From a virus, in IMG/VR virus record IMGVR_UViG_3300009103_000004, positions 32,001 to 96,000 of that record: a stretch of DNA of 64,000 nt; one strand, given 5' to 3'. Every line of letters starts with the position of its first letter. Position 1 is the stretch's first letter. Under the pieces are notes generated by a model. That model was not told the DNA's origin and ran no database searches. It saw nothing but the letters and a program-made list of their open reading frames with translations. Below, piece by piece: positions 1 through 6,586 of the stretch. The translations under genes were made by a program, and so were the position numbers.

Positions 1-5
1 CCATC

Positions 6-293
6 TCAAGAGGCCTTCGATTTAGATTTCTCCGACGTTTCCAAGGTCTCCTGTACCCGGGCAAGTTGGTCGGTGATCTCCTTCACCCTGGCTTCCTTCT
101 TGGCGATTTCTGCCTTGAGCTCAGTCCGCTCCTTTACAAGAGCTTGAACCGAGCTTTCAGCCTGGGAGGCTTTTGCAGAAGCAGAGGTTTTGGCCGGCTC
201 AGCTGGCTCTCCCTTTTGGGGAACTGGCTTGTCTCCGCAAGAAGCGAAGAGCATGGCGATTGCGGCGAATAATGAAACGATGATTTTTTTCAT
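6..293 (-). CDS. small lipoprotein with C-terminal coiled coil
   Basis: MKK + hydrophobic stretch + lipobox LFASC; heptad-like LVKERTELKAEIAKKEARVKEITDQLARVQE. Confidence 0.7.
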   Translation of the reverse strand: MKKIIVSLFAAIAMLFASCGDKPVPQKGEPAEPAKTSASAKASQAESSVQALVKERTELKAEIAKKEARVKEITDQLARVQETLETSEKSKSKAS

Positions 294-400
294 AGTATGT
301 TGTATTTGTTTATTTTACTTTTGGTTTATTGGAGCAGAGGACTAATGACTAATCGTACTCCAAAGATATATAACCCGTTTTAGGTTATTATTTCATACGG

Positions 401-433
401 AAAAGGCGGGCTCGAAATCAATCGAGCCCGCCC
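401..433 (-). terminator. intrinsic terminator
   Basis: GGCGGGCTCGA-N6-TCGAGCCCGCC followed by TTTT on the minus strand, just after the stop of 455..1405. Confidence 0.85.
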
Positions 434-454
434 AGTTCCTATACTATGAACAAA

Positions 455-1405
455 CTATTTAGTGACAACTGCGCGCTTGATTATACTAGCCATACTTTCT
501 TCGCATATCTTCTCTTTGGTCTTAGCTAGTTGCCCTTCGTCAGAAGCGTATAAAATGTCCGCGTCTTCCTTAAGCAAACTGAAGTCGATGCTTGGGTCTT
601 CATTCCTCCTAAAAAAAGAGGTTCCTTCGCCACGATCATCATTCGAAACTACTACTGACACATCATGATCATTATCATTCAGGTAGTTATTAACGTACTT
701 AGTTGGGTTATCATCTCCGGGGATAATGCTAGTAGAGTCAAATACCTTCACGCCTTCGACGTAAAAAGTTCTGCACTGTTCTAGAACGACCTCGCGATCA
801 GTCACATTGTTGAAAGATTCAAAAATAGACCTACCAATTTGGGCTAGTAACTCTTGAGCTTCAGCATTATGCCATGGATGCTTAATGTCGATAAACCACT
901 GCTCGATAGGTGACTGCAGAGCAGGAGTGTACTTCTTACTTAAACGAACAGCAAAATCAAGCAACTGCGAGTTAGCCTTATTTTCTATACGCTCAGCCAT
1001 CTTTGTAGCGAACAGGGCTGGGGACCTGCCGAAGCTTAGTTCCATATACTCAACCCACGGATGTGCTTTCACTGCTACATCGTATACATCGAAGTAACGT
1101 AGTATTATACCAGTTACGGATTTTCCGTTGGCATCGTCCGAAGCTTCTTCATCGAAGCAACGTAGAGCTGCGTTATTCTTACCACCAACCCCAAGTAATG
1201 CGATTGTTGGGTTATCATAATCATCTTCGGTTATATCAGATGATTCTTTACATGTTATGTCCGCGTGACCTGCATTGGATTTAATACCTATAGCTCCCAG
1301 CAACAAACAGAGTGCCGTGAGGCTATCCCTGTTTTGTTCTGGAGAGACTATGATTTTTTCAATGCCCGGACCAGCGTCCAGGATCTTTTCAATCTTAGCT
1401 TTCAT
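455..1405 (-). CDS. MYG1/DHH-superfamily-like protein with degenerate catalytic motifs
   Basis: Motif order matches bacterial MYG1-like proteins (IIVSPEQNRDSLTALCLLL; DDYDNPTIALLGVGG..FDEE; SPIE; NDDRGEG..RRNEDPSIDFS; ILYASDEGQLAKT), but DHH is replaced by DEE and the His residues are lost. Confidence 0.55.
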   Translation of the reverse strand: MKAKIEKILDAGPGIEKIIVSPEQNRDSLTALCLLLGAIGIKSNAGHADITCKESSDITEDDYDNPTIALLGVGGKNNAALRCFDEEASDDANGKSVTGIILRYFDVYDVAVKAHPWVEYMELSFGRSPALFATKMAERIENKANSQLLDFAVRLSKKYTPALQSPIEQWFIDIKHPWHNAEAQELLAQIGRSIFESFNNVTDREVVLEQCRTFYVEGVKVFDSTSIIPGDDNPTKYVNNYLNDNDHDVSVVVSNDDRGEGTSFFRRNEDPSIDFSLLKEDADILYASDEGQLAKTKEKICEESMASIIKRAVVTK

Positions 1406-1434
1406 TATTATATATGGTTAATTACGTTAGACAT

Positions 1435-1462
1435 AAAAAAGCGACGATTATTAAACCGTCGC
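1435..1462 (-). terminator. intrinsic terminator
   Basis: GCGACG-N10-CGTCGC followed by T6 on the minus strand. Confidence 0.75.
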
Positions 1463-1467
1463 TCAAT

Positions 1468-1480
1468 TATATATAACACA
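1468..1480 (-). promoter_or_regulatory. recurrent promoter-like motif TGTGTTATATATA
   Basis: 13-bp match to 59601-59613; core also at 23312-23321 and 366-374; always intergenic and upstream of a minus-strand gene. Confidence 0.55.
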
Positions 1481-1494
1481 AACGCGTATATAAT

Positions 1495-2508
1495 TTACTT
1501 AGCCCTAGTAACCTCGTAATTAACCCCTCGAGTGTTAGGGTCTTTTGTCTTCTTCCAAAAAAAGCGTATCCACATAGCTCCATTGGGTTTGGGAGGCCCA
1601 CCTCGTTCTATATGCCAGCCACCATAACCATCTTCATATTCTTCTTTGTATCCTGGAGTTTTTAAATGCAGCTGTTCGTCGTGATATACTGTTCCCGTAT
1701 CATGAAGCCTAATTCGGGTAATAGGAAAGATCCATTCATTATGTGTGTGGCCTGTGCATACAATGTGAGCATCAGGTACATATACGGCTTGTCGTCCGGT
1801 CTGTATAGTCCCCTTGGTTACAGGAGCATCTCCTCCATAACCATGATGATACCAAAGATTAGTTGATGCCTGGCATTTTTGACTACCGTCAATCCGCATG
1901 TTTGAACCGCCTTGGGGTTTTCCATAATTAAATTTAAACTTAACCCACCCGCTATAACCACCTGTGCGTATCTTAGAACCAGTAGACATGTTTAAACGTT
2001 CAACGAGGCGTTCAGTTAGATTAGTCTCATGATGCTTCAGCATAGCAGTCTCATGATTGCCTGGACCCATAACGGCAAAGTTATTTGCGTAAGGTGCGTA
2101 AAACTCAGTAGCTGTGGCTACGAGCTTATCTAAATAATTACCATGCTGATGCTCGGGACGTATGTCGTCTTTACTAGCTCTTCGGTCAAACTTACCCTGC
2201 ATAGCACAAAACAGATCTCCGTAATCTATAATTACGGCGTTTCGTTCTTTAGCTTCGTCAAGATGCTTTTTCTCTAGCTCTTGATTACAATGGGGGTTGT
2301 CGTGATGTCGGTCACTGGTTAACAGGACCCAGAAGTTATCAGAAGTAGAAAGAAACCTATGATTTATAAAGTGAACGTTTCTACTTATCTCTTCTAGTGT
2401 TGTGTTGCCGGGTAGGTGTTTCTTTTCCGATTCCTCGGTCTTTACTTTTTTCTTGGTGGTTGATGTTTTATTAGTTGCTACTTTTTTATTTTTTTTAGTT
2501 TCGCTCAT
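1495..2508 (-). CDS. calcineurin-like metallophosphoesterase with Lys-rich N-tail
   Basis: SDRHHD, YGDLF, GNHE, HHG and GHTH motifs in canonical order. Confidence 0.85.
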   Translation of the reverse strand: MSETKKNKKVATNKTSTTKKKVKTEESEKKHLPGNTTLEEISRNVHFINHRFLSTSDNFWVLLTSDRHHDNPHCNQELEKKHLDEAKERNAVIIDYGDLFCAMQGKFDRRASKDDIRPEHQHGNYLDKLVATATEFYAPYANNFAVMGPGNHETAMLKHHETNLTERLVERLNMSTGSKIRTGGYSGWVKFKFNYGKPQGGSNMRIDGSQKCQASTNLWYHHGYGGDAPVTKGTIQTGRQAVYVPDAHIVCTGHTHNEWIFPITRIRLHDTGTVYHDEQLHLKTPGYKEEYEDGYGGWHIERGGPPKPNGAMWIRFFWKKTKDPNTRGVNYEVTRAK

Positions 2509-3411
2509 AATGTGTTAAATGATTTAAGTAGGCGGTGTGTTGTCAGGGGCGTCTTCCGCATCAAACGCTCCCCCGGCCCAGGCACCAGCAACACCGCCAG
2601 CACCTGTTCCCAAAAGCGTAAATAAAGCACGACGTTGTCTCTCTTTTCTGGCAGCTTCTTCACGAGCCTTAGAACTTCTAAAGTTAACCACGTTTGGAGT
2701 AAATAGCCCGGAAGTAATGTTTCCAATTAAACCGCCTGCAGTACCACCTGCTAAGCCACCAGCATAAGGAGCAGCTCCTTCAAGCTTTGCGCCTATTTCT
2801 GAAATAGGATCCATTGCTTTTCTTATGCCGTCAAAAAGACCCACATTGTCATCATCACCCCTGATGAGATCACCTATGCTATCTATGTTTTCTTGGAATT
2901 TAGTTCCGCCAGACTCAAGCTGAGAATGAAGCTCAGGAAGTAGGTGGTGTCCAGTACTCAACCCAATACCTCCAAGCATCTTCCCTGCAAGTGGCTTCCA
3001 ATTCGTTACGGGATTTCCGAAAATAGCTCTGCGAGCTCCTGGGTGAGCCAGTCCAACGCCATGGAGTCCACCTATAAGTTTATCAACAAAGTTCGGTTCC
3101 TCGCCTTTATTTTCCTCATCCTTCCAAATATCAGAATACCACTGACCGCCCAGGGGTATGTCAGCGTCATGCATATAGTAGCCGCCACCGGCACCTTGTA
3201 ACCCATGCGTACCCATCTGCAGACGTTTAAGTGTAGCGGGACTCCACCCACCAGCCCTGGTTGCCATATCACCCCCTCGACCAAACAAGGCATCAACATT
3301 TTTCCAGTTTCTTCCAGAACGCAAAGCAGACCAAAGCCTTGCTAGTTTACCAGGATCTGCTGCGGACTTTACAAATGGTAATCGATCCAATTTTTCAGAT
3401 AAGGTCTCCAT
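2505..3411 (-). CDS. Gly-rich putative virion/ejection protein (ORF 2524..3411)
   Basis: 295-aa ORF; leader ending VKSAA; glycine-zipper segments GGLAGGTAGGLIG and GAGGVAGAWAGG; lies in the RNAP-fragment block. Confidence 0.5.
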
Positions 3412-3435
3412 AATACTACAAAATACTTTACATGT

Positions 3436-4146
3436 TTACTCTGGAAGCGCAATCACTTTATTGGCCAAGTCTTTGGCTGACAACCACTCGTACTTTCCAG
3501 TGCGTGAATTTTTGAATCGTTGGTATATATTACCATCGCTTCCGAGCTTGGCTCCCCAAGCAATTCTAGTATCAACTCCAATACGTTCAGACTCAGGTCC
3601 TTCTATTGCAGAGAGGAACATAAATTCTGACGGGTGAAGGTTTTGTGCATCCTCTGTAATGGATGTAGAACTAGGTAAACCACCAGGTCCCATTTGAGAA
3701 ACCCGCCTAGCCTGCTCTGTGAGATGCATTGGGTTTATCTCCTCAAGAGCCAGGGACAATGGATTACCAGTAATTAACTTTTCCGAATACTTGTTAAAGT
3801 GGCCAGGAGCGATGCTGTTGAGATTTCCCATTCTGGATATCCTACGAACAGTGTTTCGCATCAGCTTCTCAGCATCCATGTCTATGCGCTCACGCAATAG
3901 TTTGTCAGGACCATACACCTTCCTGAACCTAAGAGAGTCGCGTTCGTCCGGGTCAACTAGGCCACGATTAATTGCCAGAACCTTTTCGGTAGCAGACAAT
4001 ATAGTGTCCACTCCACCATCTATCTCATCATCAGGGTCTTCGTCGTCGTACTTAAAGCTAGTAGTTGCAGCCTGCTTTTCATACTGAGACTCGATAGCCA
4101 TTAGCACAAAGTCATCTATGCTATCATCTTCTTCGGAATAACTCAT
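3436..4146 (-). CDS. rpoB: DNA-directed RNA polymerase beta subunit, middle fragment (fork-loop/rifampicin region)
   Basis: [12 protein letters not shown] ~ RpoB [34 protein letters not shown] ~ [46 protein letters not shown] ~ [23 protein letters not shown]; acidic leader ending EKQAA. Confidence 0.9.
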   Translation of the reverse strand: [236 protein letters not shown]

Positions 4147-5516
4147 GTGATGCTCAACGATGAATCTATAAAGTCAGATTTTGCATTTGATGAACCGTAC
4201 TGGTAACCGCCTAAGCCACCAAGTGCAAGACCTCCCATACCGCCAAGTAAATAGTTTGGAGTTCCTAACTCATCTTCTGCATCCTCTTCACTTATACCAT
4301 TTCTCTTAGCATAGTTAGAAACTCTGTTCTTATGAAGTAAGTATTGACCACCAACTCCCAACCCCGATCCTAGTATACTACCGTACAGCCCGCCACGCAG
4401 TCCCTCTCTAGGTATAGCATCCAAGCCAGAATTAATAGATTTCTTCCAATCATCAGTAATTTCATTGAATGTGTTCTTTGCCATTGCAAGTGCTCGGGCA
4501 TCTAAATCTGCCTTAGCTGCATCTACATCCGCGTTATGTTGATCTGTAGCGTCAATAATTTCATTTTGTTTGTCTTGGAGGAAAAGGTTATTAGCAACGT
4601 TTACAGCCTTGTTGGCTTCGTTGATGGCGCGCCCCTGCATGACGCCTGCTGTGCCAAGTACCATACCAGTCACGGGGTTCCAAAAAGTAGTTCCCAGCTT
4701 TTTACCTAAAGCGGGAAGACCAAACTGAGGCCCACTCATAAAGCCGGGTTTTGCAAGGCGGCGAAGGAAGTTACCTACGAAGCCTGTACGACCCTCAGGA
4801 AACAATGTGTTAAAAAAACTGATGTTTGTAGGTTTGTATGTGTTAGGCCCACTAAATATTCCACCATCACCCTTGCTCTTAGTACCAATTCTAAACTCAT
4901 CAGGAAGTATCCTGAGTCCCATCTTATCCTTAATACGACCCAAGCCATGCTTTAGGTTACTATACCAACTCAGAGGGTTTGCGGTAAATTTAGGCCGAAC
5001 GGGGTTGTGTCTTACAATATTACTTGACTGGCCTGGGATAACATTGGGTGAATTAGATGAGCCAGACAATCCAGACCTATGCAATGGATCATTTGGGTTT
5101 GATTTCATTTCCCTGGGATTTTTTTTACCAGTTAGCTTACCCCCCGTTCTAGATCTAGCTGCAAATGTACCGTCATCGGCCTTCTGCAATACAACCCTAG
5201 ATCTATGGCCCATACCTGGGAAACTCCCAGGAGCTCCCATAGTTGCTGGTGTGTGAGTTTCAACACGACGAACAACCTTGGGCCCTACACGGTTCTTTGC
5301 TGCAGTCCTAAAAGTATCTATGGGATGAAGTAGACTCCTGAAACTTATTGGAGTCCTAGCTATGCCGAGAGCCCTGCGACCTAAATTGGTGTTGAAGATA
5401 ACGTCACGACTTACACGCCCTGGCTGTTTGACGAAATCCCAAATCCCGATTTTGGCCTGCTTCTCAATTCCGTAAATCGGATCTCGTAACGCAGCTATCT
5501 TCTGCTCTAGAGTCAT
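4143..5516 (-). CDS. basic, Gly-rich putative virion protein
   Basis: 457-aa ORF; leader ending IEKQA; Arg/Lys-rich N-half, helical middle, two glycine-zipper hydrophobic segments. Confidence 0.5.
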   Translation of the reverse strand: MTLEQKIAALRDPIYGIEKQAKIGIWDFVKQPGRVSRDVIFNTNLGRRALGIARTPISFRSLLHPIDTFRTAAKNRVGPKVVRRVETHTPATMGAPGSFPGMGHRSRVVLQKADDGTFAARSRTGGKLTGKKNPREMKSNPNDPLHRSGLSGSSNSPNVIPGQSSNIVRHNPVRPKFTANPLSWYSNLKHGLGRIKDKMGLRILPDEFRIGTKSKGDGGIFSGPNTYKPTNISFFNTLFPEGRTGFVGNFLRRLAKPGFMSGPQFGLPALGKKLGTTFWNPVTGMVLGTAGVMQGRAINEANKAVNVANNLFLQDKQNEIIDATDQHNADVDAAKADLDARALAMAKNTFNEITDDWKKSINSGLDAIPREGLRGGLYGSILGSGLGVGGQYLLHKNRVSNYAKRNGISEEDAEDELGTPNYLLGGMGGLALGGLGGYQYGSSNAKSDFIDSSLSIT

Positions 5517-6550
5517 TGCGGTGGCGGCGTAGGTTGAACTGGTTGAACTGGTTGGACGGGGTCAACTTCTGGTGGATCTTCATATTCCGGATCCAATACT
5601 TTATGGAATCCTACATCAGCTAAGTGCTTGGGTATATTCGACATGAAATTACTAACGGCGGGAATTGCACTAAACGCATGGTTCATGTTGTCAGTTGCAG
5701 TCTGCCTGTAATCGTCAAAGTTCCTAGCAGTTAAAATGTCTTGCTGGCTCTTTGGCATTTGGCTGAAAGCAATTGCTGCCTGCGCCTGATCTAGCTTACC
5801 AGCATCCGGTTTAATCTTGAGATAGTTTTCACGAGCATCATTATATCTATTAGCGTTAGTAAGAGCCCAATTAGCCTTACCTATTAAGGTGCTAGTATCG
5901 TGCTCAGGATATTCTGGCACATCAAGTTCTGGCATTTCCTTAAACCCAAGCGCTGTTGTTGGGTTGTCCATAAAATTAGCTAAACCAGTTCTGGCGTTAC
6001 CCACTGCGTCTGACAGCTTGGTTTTTATAGTGTTTCCAGCTGCAGCAATATTGTCTTGTTTGTTATCCAGGATTGGGTTTCCTGTAATTCTGTTAACAGT
6101 ACTGGCAAATGTGTTAGCGCTGTTGACCTTATCTGGAAAGTCAGAAGCAGCTATCATATTTTGCCTGCTGACAGGCATATTGTTAAAATCGTTAAATGCT
6201 TTCCACGCACGGCCAAAATCAAACCCCTCGTCAGGATTTAACTTTCTATAATTCTGATAGGCATCCCAGTTACGCTTTATTCCTTCGAGACCTCCGACTT
6301 TGTCTAAAAGCCATCCGCCGCCACCTAACACTCCCAATGTTCCCAATGTTCCCAACATGGAACTCTTACCACCCATTATCCTGTTTAGTAACAAAGATAA
6401 ACCGCCAGCACCAAGGCCCCCAGCTAGGTAAGGATTGTTTCCTGCCCACCCACCAAGTTGCTTAAGTAGGGAAGAGTTAGTACCCTCTAAAGCAGCACGC
6501 TTAACTATACTATCCAACACAGCACGTTCTCTGTTAGGAAGATTAGACAT
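5513..6550 (-). CDS. Gly-rich putative virion protein
   Basis: 345-aa ORF; leader ending IVKRAA; LAGGLGAGGL and LGTLGTLGVLGGGG segments; C-terminal (PVQ)3. Confidence 0.5.
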   Translation of the reverse strand: MSNLPNRERAVLDSIVKRAALEGTNSSLLKQLGGWAGNNPYLAGGLGAGGLSLLLNRIMGGKSSMLGTLGTLGVLGGGGWLLDKVGGLEGIKRNWDAYQNYRKLNPDEGFDFGRAWKAFNDFNNMPVSRQNMIAASDFPDKVNSANTFASTVNRITGNPILDNKQDNIAAAGNTIKTKLSDAVGNARTGLANFMDNPTTALGFKEMPELDVPEYPEHDTSTLIGKANWALTNANRYNDARENYLKIKPDAGKLDQAQAAIAFSQMPKSQQDILTARNFDDYRQTATDNMNHAFSAIPAVSNFMSNIPKHLADVGFHKVLDPEYEDPPEVDPVQPVQPVQPTPPPQ

Positions 6551-6586
6551 TACTACAGATTACTTAATAATTAAATTATGTAAAGT

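Noticed and set aside
445-456. Integron attC sites to explain the gene-end motif
   Set aside because: No RYYYAAC...GTTRRRY boxes with attC-style imperfect palindromes, and no integron integrase.
5530-5562. 9-bp tandem repeats (PVQ)3, and (LGT)n near 6335
   Set aside because: Short in-frame low-complexity coding repeats with no sign of phase variation.
4143-6550. Group I/II intron or intein splitting rpoB
   Set aside because: The intervening DNA is two ordinary ORFs with no homing-endonuclease, reverse-transcriptase or intein motifs; each rpoB piece has its own start and stop.
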